A stretch of 64,000 nucleotides of DNA from Acidobacteriota bacterium. Lineage in GTDB: Bacteria > Acidobacteriota > UBA6911. Below the pieces are notes generated by a model. The model searched no databases. It was not told the origin of the DNA and saw nothing but the letters and a program-made list of their open reading frames with translations. The position numbers and the translations under genes were made by a program. Positions within the stretch are counted from its first letter, which is position 1; each line of letters starts with the position of its first letter. Shown here in pieces: positions 17,934-27,837 of this stretch. The stretch is from the NCBI GenBank assembly GCA_016933615.1, contig JAFGAO010000027.1, positions 493 to 64,492 of the forward strand, written 5' to 3'.

Positions 17934-18425
17934 ATGAATCAGCGTCCATTAAATATTTTCGAGCGTTTCTACCTCACGGAAATAATCCGCGGATTGGCCA
18001 TTACGGCCCGGCACTTTCTGGTAAATTTCCCCCGCCACGTCGCCCGCGGAATCGGCATAAAAGTCGGCAAGGGGAATACCGTAACGATCGAATATCCCGA
18101 GGAAAGAAAGCCGCTGGCGAACAGGCTGAGAACGCGACATCGCCTGACCCGAAGAAGCGATGGAAGCCCCCGTTGCGTCGCGTGCATGATGTGCGAAACC
18201 GCATGCCCGGCGCATTGCATCCATATTGTTGCCGCGGAACACCCGGACCCGAATATCGAGAAAGCGCCGATGATTTTCGACATCGATCTGGGGGTCTGCG
18301 TTTTTTGCGGTTTTTGCGTGGAAGCCTGCCCCGAAGACGCGATTCGTATGGATACCGGAATTGTGGAGCTTGCATCCTACACGCGCGAAGGAATGATGTA
18401 CCGGATGGATCAGCTGCTGAGCTGA
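17934..18425 (+). CDS. nuoI: NADH-quinone oxidoreductase subunit I paralog (2x[4Fe-4S] ferredoxin)
   Basis: Contains the NuoI N-terminal pattern (ITARHFL...TIEYPEE) and two CxxCxxCxxxCP motifs (CVACMMCETACP; CVFCGFCVEACP). Confidence 0.8.
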   Translation: MNQRPLNIFERFYLTEIIRGLAITARHFLVNFPRHVARGIGIKVGKGNTVTIEYPEERKPLANRLRTRHRLTRRSDGSPRCVACMMCETACPAHCIHIVAAEHPDPNIEKAPMIFDIDLGVCVFCGFCVEACPEDAIRMDTGIVELASYTREGMMYRMDQLLS

Positions 18426-19252
18426 GTCAAGCCGTTCATCGCGGCATTATGGACGGCGGCCTTCATCAAAACGACATCCCTGTTTTTTCGGGCCGCTACC
18501 AGTTCCGCCGCGATGCTGATCGCTATTTCTCCGGGCGTTTCCGCCCCGATATCCAATCCGACAGGCACGGATACGCGCTGAAACTCCCGCGCTCCGATAC
18601 CCTCGCTTTCGAGATACTCTTTTAACAGCTTGATTTTTTTGAGGCTCCCGAGCATCCCGATGTATTTTGCCGGGGACTGAAGGGCGAAACGGAGGCACAA
18701 TGCGTCGAAATGATGCTCGCGGGTGGAGATGAATATGTAAGAATGATCATCCACGATCAAGCTGTTGAAAACTTTTTGCCAGTCGTCCACATAAAAAGCC
18801 TTCGCGTGCGGAAAGCGGTCCCTGTTTGCGTAATCACCCCGGTCGTCGACGACCGCAACGGCGAAACCGGCGATGCCGGCAACCTCGGCCAGCGCTCTTC
18901 CAACGTGACCGGCTCCGAAAATGAACAGGATCGTTTCCGGCACTATCGGTTCCACGAAAACTTCCATACGTCCTCCGCAAAAGAGCGCATTGACTTCAGG
19001 TGATTTGCCGGAAAGGTCGAACCTGAGAATTTTTGGATTGCCGGATCGAATGACGGCCGGGGCTTCCTCGATAACCCGTGACTCCACGAATCCGCCGCCT
19101 ATTGTTCCCAACTGACCACCGTGCTCGTCGATAAGCATTTTGGCTGCCGGTTTGCACGGCGTGGCTCCGTTGCGGGTTACGATCGTCGCCAGGGCCGCCC
19201 GTACGCCGCGGGATCTGAGCGACACGATTCTCTGATAAATATCTTCCGTCAT
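18410..19252 (-). CDS. xdhC: XdhC/CoxI family molybdoenzyme maturation factor
   Basis: Contains the XdhC N-terminal domain (ALATIV...G.TPCKPAAKMLI...GTIGGG) and a Rossmann-like C-terminal domain (LFIFGAGHVGRALAEVA). Its 3' end overlaps the convergent nuoI paralog by 16 nt. Confidence 0.8.
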   Translation of the reverse strand: MTEDIYQRIVSLRSRGVRAALATIVTRNGATPCKPAAKMLIDEHGGQLGTIGGGFVESRVIEEAPAVIRSGNPKILRFDLSGKSPEVNALFCGGRMEVFVEPIVPETILFIFGAGHVGRALAEVAGIAGFAVAVVDDRGDYANRDRFPHAKAFYVDDWQKVFNSLIVDDHSYIFISTREHHFDALCLRFALQSPAKYIGMLGSLKKIKLLKEYLESEGIGAREFQRVSVPVGLDIGAETPGEIAISIAAELVAARKNRDVVLMKAAVHNAAMNGLTQLSS

Positions 19253-19355
19253 GGTTAGAACTTAACACATGAAAACGTGCGCTGGCTAGCCGGTTGCGCC
19301 GACCGGGACGGTCCCGGTCCTGTTTCGGACCGTTGGGCGTCGTTTTCTCTCCTTC

Positions 19356-19385
19356 TTGACTCCGTTTTTAAGCCGATGCTACTAT
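19356..19385 (+). promoter_or_regulatory. candidate sigma70-type promoter upstream of lpd
   Basis: TTGACT (19356-19361), an 18-nt spacer, then TACTAT (19380-19385). It lies about 180 nt upstream of the lpd start. Confidence 0.3.
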
Positions 19386-19566
19386 GCAGACTCATTTTAA
19401 TGACGCAGTGTTTCGGAACAAGCCCGGTGCGCGCCCTGACCTTTGAACCAACAAACATCTCCCTGCGCTGCTCGACGATGAGACCGAAGGTCCCTATGAT
19501 CACACGGACGGGAAAAGCGAAGCGCCCCGTTTGCATGAAAAACACATTTCCTGAGATGAGGTCCTC

Positions 19567-20973
19567 TTGAACACGAATTCCGAACAGTATGATGTGGCGG
19601 TTTTAGGAAGCGGTCCCGGCGGATACGTTGCGGCAATCCGTGCAAGCCAGCTGGGCCTTAAGGTCGCCCTGGTAGAAAAATATGAAAAATTCGGCGGCAC
19701 CTGTCTGCACTGGGGGTGCGTTCCGACAAAGGCTCTTCTGCTGAACGCCGAACTATACGAAAAAGCCCAGAAAGGCAAAGAATTTGGAATTCTATGCAAG
19801 GATATCCGTTTGGATTTTCGCCTGGTCAAGGCCCGCAAGGACAAAATAGTGAAGAAGCTTTCCATGGGGACCGATTTTTTGATGAAAAAAAACAAGATCG
19901 ATTCCTTCCATGGCAGGGGCAGGCTGATCGCACCCGGAGTTATTCAGGTCGAGGGGAACCAGGTGCAGGAAATCCGCGCCGGGAAAACCATCATCGCCAC
20001 GGGATCCGAGGCCAAAATGTTTCCCGGCCTGAGAGCCGACGGAAGAACCGTTCTGACCAACAGGGAGATTCTGGATCTGGATGCAGTGCCGCAGTCCCTG
20101 CTCATCATCGGCGGCGGGGCCGTGGGAGTCGAATTCGCCTCTATTTTTTCAAGATTCGGCGCTAGTGTCACTCTTGTCGAAATGCTTCCCCGCCTTCTTC
20201 CGGCGGAGGATCGGGAGATTTCGGAGGAAATCCGAAAACTGCTGGTCAAGAAACGCATCAAAGTCCTGCTGAACGCCAAGCTGGAGGAAATGCAGATCCA
20301 GGATGGGCATGCCAAGGCCAAAGTATCCACGCCGGACGGTGCGGTCCAGGATATTGTCGCTGAAAAGGCGCTGATCGCAGTCGGAAGGCAGCCGGTTACG
20401 GAAAACCTGGGGCTTGAAAAACTGAAAATAGAAACGGTGCGCGGTTTTATTTCGGTCGACCGCGCCATGCAGACATCGGCACGCGGAATTTACGCCATCG
20501 GAGATATTGTTCCGACCCAGGCTCTGGCGCATCTTGCGTCGCATGAGGGTATCCTGGCGGCGGAACACATCGCGAAAGGAAGTGCGCGCCCCATCAACTA
20601 CGACCTGGTTCCGAATTGCACTTACTGCAGTCCGGAAGTCGCCAGCGTAGGCCTGACGGAAGACACGGCCCGGGAAAGAGGCATTGAAGTCGTTACGGCA
20701 AAATTCCCGTTCGCGGCGGTCAGCAAAGCCACGATTGCGGGGGAGAGCGAAGGATTCGTGAAACTTGTCGGCGACAGGAAGTACCGCCAGATCCTGGGAG
20801 TTCACATGGTGGGCCCCAGGGTCACCGAATTGGCGGCGGCGGCCGCCGCCGCAATCGGACTGGAGGCTACGGCTGCAGATTTGTCGCACATGATCCATCC
20901 GCACCCCACAATTTCGGAAGGAATCATGGAGGCGGCTCACGCCCTGTACGGCGGCGCCGCCATCCATATTTAA
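19567..20973 (+). CDS. lpdA: dihydrolipoyl dehydrogenase (E3)
   Basis: Contains YDVAVLGSGPGGYVAAIRA, the redox-active GGTCLHWGCVPTK disulfide, a second GGGAVGVEFA NAD motif and the C-terminal HPHPT.SE motif. The TTG start follows GAGG. Confidence 0.92.
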   Translation: MNTNSEQYDVAVLGSGPGGYVAAIRASQLGLKVALVEKYEKFGGTCLHWGCVPTKALLLNAELYEKAQKGKEFGILCKDIRLDFRLVKARKDKIVKKLSMGTDFLMKKNKIDSFHGRGRLIAPGVIQVEGNQVQEIRAGKTIIATGSEAKMFPGLRADGRTVLTNREILDLDAVPQSLLIIGGGAVGVEFASIFSRFGASVTLVEMLPRLLPAEDREISEEIRKLLVKKRIKVLLNAKLEEMQIQDGHAKAKVSTPDGAVQDIVAEKALIAVGRQPVTENLGLEKLKIETVRGFISVDRAMQTSARGIYAIGDIVPTQALAHLASHEGILAAEHIAKGSARPINYDLVPNCTYCSPEVASVGLTEDTARERGIEVVTAKFPFAAVSKATIAGESEGFVKLVGDRKYRQILGVHMVGPRVTELAAAAAAAIGLEATAADLSHMIHPHPTISEGIMEAAHALYGGAAIHI

Positions 20974-20980
20974 CCGCAAA

Positions 20981-21679
20981 ATGACGGAACCGAATGCGTG
21001 TGCCGTCGTCTGGTGCGGCTGCCTCCCTTATGCCCAGGCGCTCGGTTTACAGATGAGAATCTGCGACCTTAAAAAGCGCGGCTACGGCAGGGATATTCTG
21101 CTGCTGCTGGAGCATTCCCCGGTCATAACTCTCGGACGCAGCGCGGACAGAAAGAATCTGCTGGTCGGCGAGGATTGCCTTAGAAAAAGAGGAATCGATC
21201 TCACGGAAACAGACAGAGGAGGCGACATCACGTTTCATGGACCGGGACAGCTCGTGGGGTACCCCATCCTTTTTCTTGGGCCCGGTGAGCGGGATGTCCG
21301 AAGATATATGCGCAATCTTGAAGAATCCCTGATCAGGCTTCTCGACAGATTCGGCATCCGAAGCACCCGAAGCTCGGGGTATACCGGGGTCTGGACCGAA
21401 TACGGCAAAATCGCCGCCATGGGGGTTCATATCAGCCGTTGGATCACCCGGCACGGATTCGCGCTGAACGTCAACACGGACTTGTCTTTTTTCGACTTGA
21501 TCGTTCCGTGCGGGATTTCAAACAGAGGCGTCACATCCATGCAGAAAGTGCTGAAGCGGGAGTTTGATCTGCGAAGCGTGGCGCAACAATACAGCGAAGA
21601 ATTCGGAGGCATCTTTAAGCGGCCTATGATAAAAATGGATCCAAACGGCCTGCTGTCCGAACTGTACAGTGTTTCATGA
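20981..21679 (+). CDS. lipB: lipoyl(octanoyl) transferase
   Basis: Contains LLLLEHSPVITLGR, RGGDITFHGPGQLVGYPI, KIAAMGV and the PCG motif, which is the LipB pattern. Confidence 0.88.
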   Translation: MTEPNACAVVWCGCLPYAQALGLQMRICDLKKRGYGRDILLLLEHSPVITLGRSADRKNLLVGEDCLRKRGIDLTETDRGGDITFHGPGQLVGYPILFLGPGERDVRRYMRNLEESLIRLLDRFGIRSTRSSGYTGVWTEYGKIAAMGVHISRWITRHGFALNVNTDLSFFDLIVPCGISNRGVTSMQKVLKREFDLRSVAQQYSEEFGGIFKRPMIKMDPNGLLSELYSVS

Positions 21680-21834
21680 AGGGCTCCCGGCATGGCGTTG
21701 CGGCAACCCGGCTTCGACGGCCGCAGGATTTACGGCTGTAGGGGATCGCGATTCAATGAAAAAACTTATAGAAATGATCTTTGCACTCGATCCCGTGGGC
21801 GGCAACCCGGTAAATACAGGAGGACGGATACCCA

Positions 21835-23235
21835 ATGAATATTAAAGTGACCATGCCCCAAATGGGGGAATCCGTTTATGAGGGCACTCTCACCAAATGG
21901 CTGAAAAAGAAGGGTGAAACCGTAACCAGGGACGAACCCCTATTTGAGGTCTCTACGGACAAAGTGGACTCGGAAATACCCTCACCGGCATCCGGAATTC
22001 TGAGTGAAATCCTGGTTGCCGAAGGAGAGACGGTAAAGATCGACACGGTTCTGGCCGTGATCGACGATTCCTCAGTGAAAGGCGCCCGGGAGGAAGTGGC
22101 GGACTCGCCCCGGGAAAACGCCCCGGAACCGCCGCTGCAGGAGCCTGCCGAAGAGAAACCGTCGGGAGAACACGCCGGCGGCGAATTGCGGGATCAGGCG
22201 ATGCCTGCCGAAGAGGAAATAGCGCCGTCGGATGAAAAACCTCTTGAGAAGAAATCCGAAGGAATCCGGGTCCAGTCCATCCGGACTTCGCCCCTGGTGC
22301 GGAAAATCGCACGGGAAAACAATATCGATCTTCAGGAAGTTCCGGGAACAGGGCTGGAGGGAAGAATCACCAAGGAGGACATCCTGAAGTACGTGGAGGA
22401 ATTGTCCGCGGCAGAGACCGCGCGCCTCGATAAAGCCTCCGCCGTGGACGTCGGGGCTTCTGGGGAACAGGAATCCAAAGCGCTGGAAACGGGCTTGCGG
22501 GAGAAACCGTCGGAGATTTCGGAAACGTTGGGAAGGTTTGTCGGGGAATCGGAAAGGGTTCCCATGTCTCCGATGCGCAAGGCAATCGCCGAACACATGG
22601 TATTCAGCAAGCGGACCTCGGCCCATGTTCATACGGTTTTCGAGGTGAATCTCCACCGCATCGTTCAGTTGAGAGAACGCCACAAGGAGGAATTCAAAAG
22701 AAGGGAAGGCATCTCTCTTACCTACACTCCGTTTTTCGCAAAAGCGCTCGTCGACAATGTTCGCGAGTTCCCGGTTTTCAACGCTTCCGTCTCCGGCGAC
22801 GCCATCGTGTATAAAAAGCCCGTTAATCTGGGTATCGCCGTGGCTCTTGATACCGGATTGATCGTTCCCGTCATCAAAAACGCCCACCTGAAAAGCCTGA
22901 CCGGCATCGCGCTTAAAATCTTCGACCTGGCTGAAAGGGCCCGAACCAAACGGCTCAAACCGGAAGATGTGCACAACGGCACGATCAGCCTTACCAATCC
23001 CGGGCTCTATGGAGCGCTTTTCGCCACTCCCATCATAAGCCAGCCCCAGGTTGCCATTCTCGGAATAGGAGGGATTGAAAAACGGCCCATAGTCATCGAC
23101 GATGCCATTGCGATCCGGCCCATGGTCTGCCTGTCTCTTTCTTACGATCACCGTGTCATCGATGGTGCCGTTGCGGACCAGTTCATGGCGGCTTTAAGGG
23201 ATAAACTGCAATCCTGGACCCAGTGGACGGAGTGA
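21835..23235 (+). CDS. 2-oxoacid dehydrogenase E2 (dihydrolipoamide acyltransferase): one lipoyl domain, PSBD and catalytic domain
   Basis: Contains a lipoyl domain (MPQMGESVYEGTL.KW...VSTDKVD), a Pro/Glu-rich linker, an E3-binding domain (SPLVRKIARENNIDL..V.GTG..GRITKEDI) and a catalytic domain ending in SYDHRVIDGA. Substrate specificity (succinyl vs acetyl vs branched-chain) cannot be decided by eye. Confidence 0.88.
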   Translation: MNIKVTMPQMGESVYEGTLTKWLKKKGETVTRDEPLFEVSTDKVDSEIPSPASGILSEILVAEGETVKIDTVLAVIDDSSVKGAREEVADSPRENAPEPPLQEPAEEKPSGEHAGGELRDQAMPAEEEIAPSDEKPLEKKSEGIRVQSIRTSPLVRKIARENNIDLQEVPGTGLEGRITKEDILKYVEELSAAETARLDKASAVDVGASGEQESKALETGLREKPSEISETLGRFVGESERVPMSPMRKAIAEHMVFSKRTSAHVHTVFEVNLHRIVQLRERHKEEFKRREGISLTYTPFFAKALVDNVREFPVFNASVSGDAIVYKKPVNLGIAVALDTGLIVPVIKNAHLKSLTGIALKIFDLAERARTKRLKPEDVHNGTISLTNPGLYGALFATPIISQPQVAILGIGGIEKRPIVIDDAIAIRPMVCLSLSYDHRVIDGAVADQFMAALRDKLQSWTQWTE

Positions 23236-23330
23236 AAGTTCCGGGGCAGGGAAAACAGGATTCAGCCGTGTTTATATTAAGAAATATTCGGGAACCTGGC
23301 ATCGAATACAATATCGGCGGAGCGATACCT

Positions 23331-23906
23331 ATGATGCGATCCGGTGTGGTCCTTTTATTTTTTTGCCTGGCGGTCGGGATGTTCGCGCCGCCTGTTCCGG
23401 CTGTCGACATCGGGGCGGAAATAGGTGATTTCCGGCTGTCGGACGAGTCAGGGAATCCGCATACGCTGCGTTCCTTTTCCGGTAAGATTGTCGTTATCGT
23501 TTTCTGGGCCTACAAGTGCCCTTCCGCAATACGCTATACGGATCGGCTGGACGTTCTGCAGAGAAAGTACGACAGAAACAAGGTCGTCTTTGTCGGCGTC
23601 TCCGCCGGTAGCGGCGAAACAGCCGCCGCTATAAAGGCCAATAAGGACAACCTCAAAATCGATTTCCCGATCCTGATCGACCGGGAAGGCCGCCTGGCCG
23701 GAACACTCGGGGCGACGCATATCCCCAGCGTATTTATCATAGACGGGAAAGCCCGGCTGCAGTACAGGGGCGCCATTGATAACGACCGAAGGATCGGTGA
23801 CGGAAAAAGAAGGGCTCATGCCGAAGATGCCATAGACGCGCTTTTGGCCGGACGGCCCGTCCAAGTCAGAGAAACCGAGGCCAGGGGCTGCCTGATCCGG
23901 CCGTAG
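23331..23906 (+). CDS. secreted thioredoxin-fold redoxin (TlpA/AhpC-TSA-like) with a single-Cys CPSA motif
   Basis: A signal-like N-terminus (MMRSGVVLLFFCLAVGMFA) is followed by GKIVVIVFWAYKCPSA. The usual WCxxC site carries only the first Cys. The start at ATG 23331 is inferred; the ORF track starts at 23223. Confidence 0.7.
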   Translation: MMRSGVVLLFFCLAVGMFAPPVPAVDIGAEIGDFRLSDESGNPHTLRSFSGKIVVIVFWAYKCPSAIRYTDRLDVLQRKYDRNKVVFVGVSAGSGETAAAIKANKDNLKIDFPILIDREGRLAGTLGATHIPSVFIIDGKARLQYRGAIDNDRRIGDGKRRAHAEDAIDALLAGRPVQVRETEARGCLIRP

Positions 23907-24152
23907 TCGGCGCCACTGTCCGGGTTGCGGGGGGAGGGATCGTTCCCAGTAAGGGCAGCATGGCATCCGTAAGATAATATGGTACTATTGGACTTCCCGG
24001 GATTGTGCGAAAACGGCCGTAAATCCCGGAAAGCCGTACCGCATACACGGCGGTCAAACCGCAGCATTTATCCTGCAGTGGGGAAATAGGCCTGAAGCAA
24101 ATCCGGGTTAAAGCCTGCAAATCCTTAAATATACTGACGGATAAAGAAGTTC

Positions 24153-24181
24153 TTGAAAATTTTTCAGGGGATGGGTAATGT
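24153..24181 (+). promoter_or_regulatory. candidate sigma70-type promoter for the nuoA operon
   Basis: TTGAAA (24153-24158), a 17-nt spacer, then TAATGT (24176-24181), about 45 nt upstream of nuoA ATG 24227. Confidence 0.3.
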
Positions 24182-24226
24182 AGCACGTTTAAAATTGGTG
24201 ATGAATTCAGAGAAACGGATGGATCC

Positions 24227-24616
24227 ATGCTACCAGAATTTTCCGGCGTCCTGTTGTTCTTTGTGATAGGTCTGATTTTCCTTTGGTTCGTTCTCGTCCT
24301 TTCGCGTCTCATACAGCCGAAAGGCCTGATGGGAAGCGACAAATACATCCCTTATGAATGCGGCGAAATACCGGAAGGACAGGCATGGATTCGCTTCAAC
24401 ATTCGTTTTTACGTGCTGGCGTTAATATTCATCATTTTCGACGTGGAAATCGTTTTCCTGTTGCCCTGGGCCGTGGTGTTCAAACAGCTCGGAACTTTTG
24501 CCTACATTGAAGGCGTGATCTTCATCGCCATTCTGGTCGTCGGCCTCGCGTATGTTTGGAAGAAAGGCGACCTGGAGTGGGTCAAGTCCGATGACCTGGA
24601 TGCAATGAAATCATAG
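24227..24616 (+). CDS. nuoA: NADH-quinone oxidoreductase subunit A
   Basis: Three TM helices plus YECG and FDVE..FL.PWA signatures. Confidence 0.92.
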   Translation: MLPEFSGVLLFFVIGLIFLWFVLVLSRLIQPKGLMGSDKYIPYECGEIPEGQAWIRFNIRFYVLALIFIIFDVEIVFLLPWAVVFKQLGTFAYIEGVIFIAILVVGLAYVWKKGDLEWVKSDDLDAMKS

Positions 24617-24648
24617 ACTTCCGCAAATGCGCCGGCTTCCCATGGGAG

Positions 24649-25155
24649 ATGAAAATGGGAGTTATTGAGGGAAAGTTTGAAGAAAACGTATTTATAACTT
24701 CGCTGGACTGGATTTTTAACTGGGCCCGCTCTTCGTCCCCTTGGCCTCTTTCATTCGGGCTGGCGTGTTGCGCCATAGAAATGATGGCCACCGGAGCATC
24801 CAGGTACGATCTGGCGCGATTCGGTGCGGAGGTTTTCCGTGGAACCCCGCGCCAGGCCGACATCATGATCGTGGCCGGGACCGTGTCCTTGAAAATGGCC
24901 ACCCGAATCAAACGGTTGTACGAGCAGATGGCTTCGCCAAAATACGTTATTTCGATGGGAAGCTGCGCCAACAAAGGTGGACCCTACTGGAAACACGGCT
25001 ATCACGTGCTCAAGGGGATCGATAAGATTATTCCGGTAGACGTCTATGTTCCGGGATGCCCGCCGCGTCCCGAGGCCCTAATAGAAGGCCTCATCAAGCT
25101 TCAAAAAAAGATCCGGACAGAAACCATTGCCAAAAAGAAGGAAGGGGTTGCATGA
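24649..25155 (+). CDS. nuoB: NADH-quinone oxidoreductase subunit B (canonical copy)
   Basis: Contains [33 protein letters not shown] and VPGCPPRPE. The start is ATG 24649 or ATG 24655. Confidence 0.93.
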   Translation: MKMGVIEGKFEENVFITSLDWIFNWARSSSPWPLSFGLACCAIEMMATGASRYDLARFGAEVFRGTPRQADIMIVAGTVSLKMATRIKRLYEQMASPKYVISMGSCANKGGPYWKHGYHVLKGIDKIIPVDVYVPGCPPRPEALIEGLIKLQKKIRTETIAKKKEGVA

Positions 25156-25619
25156 ATCCGCAGGAAATCGCCGCCTTGCTGTCGGAAAAGTTCGGACAAC
25201 GGATCCCGGAATCCGATGCGGATGCTCTGAATCCCTGGAGTGCCGTGGATCCTTCTTCCATTCTGGATGTATGCCGGTTTATGCGCTCCGACGGCCGGCT
25301 GGAAATGGACCACCTGGAGCTTCTGGGCGGCGTGGATTATAAAGACCGCATCGAAGTGGTTTACGTGGTCTACTCCATGAAACATCACCACAGGTATACC
25401 CTGAAATGCCGCCTGCCGAGGGAGGAGCCCCATCTTTCCACCGTGGAGTCGGTCTGGAAAGTCGCGAATTGGCATGAGCGTGAAACCTACGACATGTTCG
25501 GGGTGCTGTTCGACGGGCACAGCGACATGCGGAGAATACTGTGCCCGGACGACTGGGAAGGGTACCCGCTGCGCAAGGACTACAAGACGCCGGATAGTTA
25601 CCGCGGTATGCCTGTTTAG
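25152..25619 (+). CDS. nuoC: NADH-quinone oxidoreductase subunit C
   Basis: ATG 25152 overlaps the nuoB stop (ATGA). Contains the NuoC 30-kDa pattern: WHERE.YDMFG..F.GH.D.RRIL....W.G.PLRKDY. Confidence 0.9.
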   Translation: MNPQEIAALLSEKFGQRIPESDADALNPWSAVDPSSILDVCRFMRSDGRLEMDHLELLGGVDYKDRIEVVYVVYSMKHHHRYTLKCRLPREEPHLSTVESVWKVANWHERETYDMFGVLFDGHSDMRRILCPDDWEGYPLRKDYKTPDSYRGMPV

Positions 25620-25627
25620 GAGGACAG

Positions 25628-26749
25628 ATGGAAGTCGATTACAGCGGCGATATCATGACCCTGAATATGGGGCCGCAGCATCCATCCACCCACGGCGTCC
25701 TGCGCCTGGAATTAAAGACGGACGGGGAGATAGTGGCGGATGCCGTGCCGCACATAGGGTATCTGCACCGCTGCTTCGAAAAGCATGTGGAAAACGTCGA
25801 CTACGCGGGCGTGGTACCGTTTACGGACCGCATGGACTACTGTGCCGCAATGAACATGGAGCTCGGCTATGTTCTGACGGTCGAAAAGCTGATGGGCATA
25901 GAGGTCAACAACCGGGTCCGGTGTCTCCGGATCATCATGGCCGAGTTGAGCCGGATCGCGAGCCATTTGATCGCAGCCGGGACCTACGGGAATGACATCG
26001 GCTCCTTTACTCCGTTTCTCTGGTGTTTCCGGGACAGGGAAACCATACTGGATTTCTTCGAGGAGACTAGCGGAGCGAGGCTGCTCTACAATTACAACTG
26101 GATCGGCGGCCTGATGCACGATATCAAGCCGGGGCTGGAAGAGAAAATTATCGAATTCATCGATTATTTCGAGCCCGAGGTCGACAACCTGAACCGGCTT
26201 TTGTCCGATAATTTCATTTTCATCAAACGAACCGCCGGGGTGGGCATTCTTTCTCCCGAACAGGCGGTCAGTTACGGCGTTACGGGGCCGAATCTTCGCG
26301 GAAGCGGGGTGAAGTTCGACGTCCGCAGGGAAGAACCCTATCTTGGGTACGAGGATTACGAATTTGATATCCCTGTCGGACTCGGGGAACACGGCCCTGT
26401 GGGATCCTGCTGGGATCGCTACATGGTCCGTATCCGGGAAGTCAAGGAATCCTGCAAAATAGTCCGGCAGGCTGTTGCGCGCCTGACGCCGGGCGATGTG
26501 CGCGAGGCGGTTCCAAAGCGCATCAAGCCGCCTGCCGGGGAAGTCTACATGCGGACTGAATGCCCTCGCGGAGAACTGGGGTATCTCCTTGTCAGCGACG
26601 GCAGCCTGAAACCGTACCGCCTGAAAGTGAAATCCCCCTGTTTCACCGTAATGAGCGCCTTCCGGGAGGTGAGCCGAGGGGCCATGATTGCGGACGTGGT
26701 ATCGATACTGGGCAGCTTCGATATCGTGCTGGGTGAGATCGATCGATAA
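25628..26749 (+). CDS. nuoD: NADH-quinone oxidoreductase subunit D (short 373-aa form)
   Basis: Contains NMGPQHPSTHGVLRL, HIGYLHRCFEK, FTDRMDYC, GELGYLLVSDG..PYRLKVKSPCF and a C-terminal LGEIDR. A strong RBS (TAGGAGGA) precedes it. Confidence 0.93.
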   Translation: MEVDYSGDIMTLNMGPQHPSTHGVLRLELKTDGEIVADAVPHIGYLHRCFEKHVENVDYAGVVPFTDRMDYCAAMNMELGYVLTVEKLMGIEVNNRVRCLRIIMAELSRIASHLIAAGTYGNDIGSFTPFLWCFRDRETILDFFEETSGARLLYNYNWIGGLMHDIKPGLEEKIIEFIDYFEPEVDNLNRLLSDNFIFIKRTAGVGILSPEQAVSYGVTGPNLRGSGVKFDVRREEPYLGYEDYEFDIPVGLGEHGPVGSCWDRYMVRIREVKESCKIVRQAVARLTPGDVREAVPKRIKPPAGEVYMRTECPRGELGYLLVSDGSLKPYRLKVKSPCFTVMSAFREVSRGAMIADVVSILGSFDIVLGEIDR

Positions 26750-26763
26750 AAAGGAACGTTCCG

Positions 26764-27816
26764 ATGGAATCAGTGGCACAGCTTCTTGAAAAAATACCGA
26801 AATACGACGCGCTTCCGGAGACCATTAGTGCGCTTATGCCGATTCTGGCCAGCAGCGTGATCCTCTTCGCGATGCTGGCATTGGCCGTTCTTTTCATGGT
26901 CTGGCTCGAAAGAAAAGTGTCCGCTCACATCCAGGACAGGCTGGGCCCCATGGTCGTCGGAGGCTGGCATGGCTGGGCGCAGACAATCGCGGACGCCCTA
27001 AAACTGCTTTTGAAGGAAGATATCGTTCCCGCCTCCGTCGACAGGGTGCTGTTTAAAATGGCTCCGTTCATCGTATTTCTGGGGGCCTTCGCGGCCTATG
27101 TTGTCCTGCCCTTCGGGTCGTCCTCGTTCGTTACGGACTTGAATATCGGTATTCTCTATATAGTCGCCGTAAGCAGCCTTTCGGTCATAGGGATCATCAT
27201 GGCCGGCTGGTCTTCGAACAATAAATATTCCCTTTACGGCAGCATGCGCGCCGCGGCGCAGATCGTCAGCTATGAGATACCTGCAGCCGTCGCGATCATG
27301 ACGGTCGTCCTGTTTACGGGAAGCCTGTCGATGGTGGACATTGTCCGGGCGCAGACGGGCGGAATCCAAAATTGGTTTCTTTTCCGGAATCCATTTTTAT
27401 TTTTAGCGTTCGTCGTCTATTTCATCGCTTCCCTGGCGGAAGTCAACCGCACGCCGTTCGATCTGCCGGAAGCGGAATCGGAGCTTGTAGCCGGCTACCA
27501 TACGGAATATTCCGGAATGCGGTTCGCATTTTTCTTCCTTGCCGAATATGCCAATATGTTTCTCGTCGCGAGCGTTGCCACGACTCTTTTTCTCGGAGGA
27601 TGGACGCAGGCCGTGCCGGCTTCGATCATGCCGCAGATTGTTCCCGGTCCCGTTGTCTTTTTCGTAAAGGCCCTGATACTGATTTTTATCCAGATGTGGA
27701 TGCGCTGGTCCCTGCCGCGCCTTCGCGTGGACCAGCTCATGTACATAAACTGGAAAGTGCTGCTGCCTGTCTCCTTCGCGCTGGTTTTAGGCGCCGGCTG
27801 GATGGCCACTCTGTAG
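26764..27816 (+). CDS. nuoH: NADH-quinone oxidoreductase subunit H
   Basis: Multi-TM protein with ERKVSAHIQDRLGP, ADALKLL.KE, EVNRTPFDL.EAESELV.GYHTEYSGM.F and LAEY. Confidence 0.93.
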   Translation: MESVAQLLEKIPKYDALPETISALMPILASSVILFAMLALAVLFMVWLERKVSAHIQDRLGPMVVGGWHGWAQTIADALKLLLKEDIVPASVDRVLFKMAPFIVFLGAFAAYVVLPFGSSSFVTDLNIGILYIVAVSSLSVIGIIMAGWSSNNKYSLYGSMRAAAQIVSYEIPAAVAIMTVVLFTGSLSMVDIVRAQTGGIQNWFLFRNPFLFLAFVVYFIASLAEVNRTPFDLPEAESELVAGYHTEYSGMRFAFFFLAEYANMFLVASVATTLFLGGWTQAVPASIMPQIVPGPVVFFVKALILIFIQMWMRWSLPRLRVDQLMYINWKVLLPVSFALVLGAGWMATL

Positions 27817-27837
27817 GGCTTATTCCCGAGGGATTTT

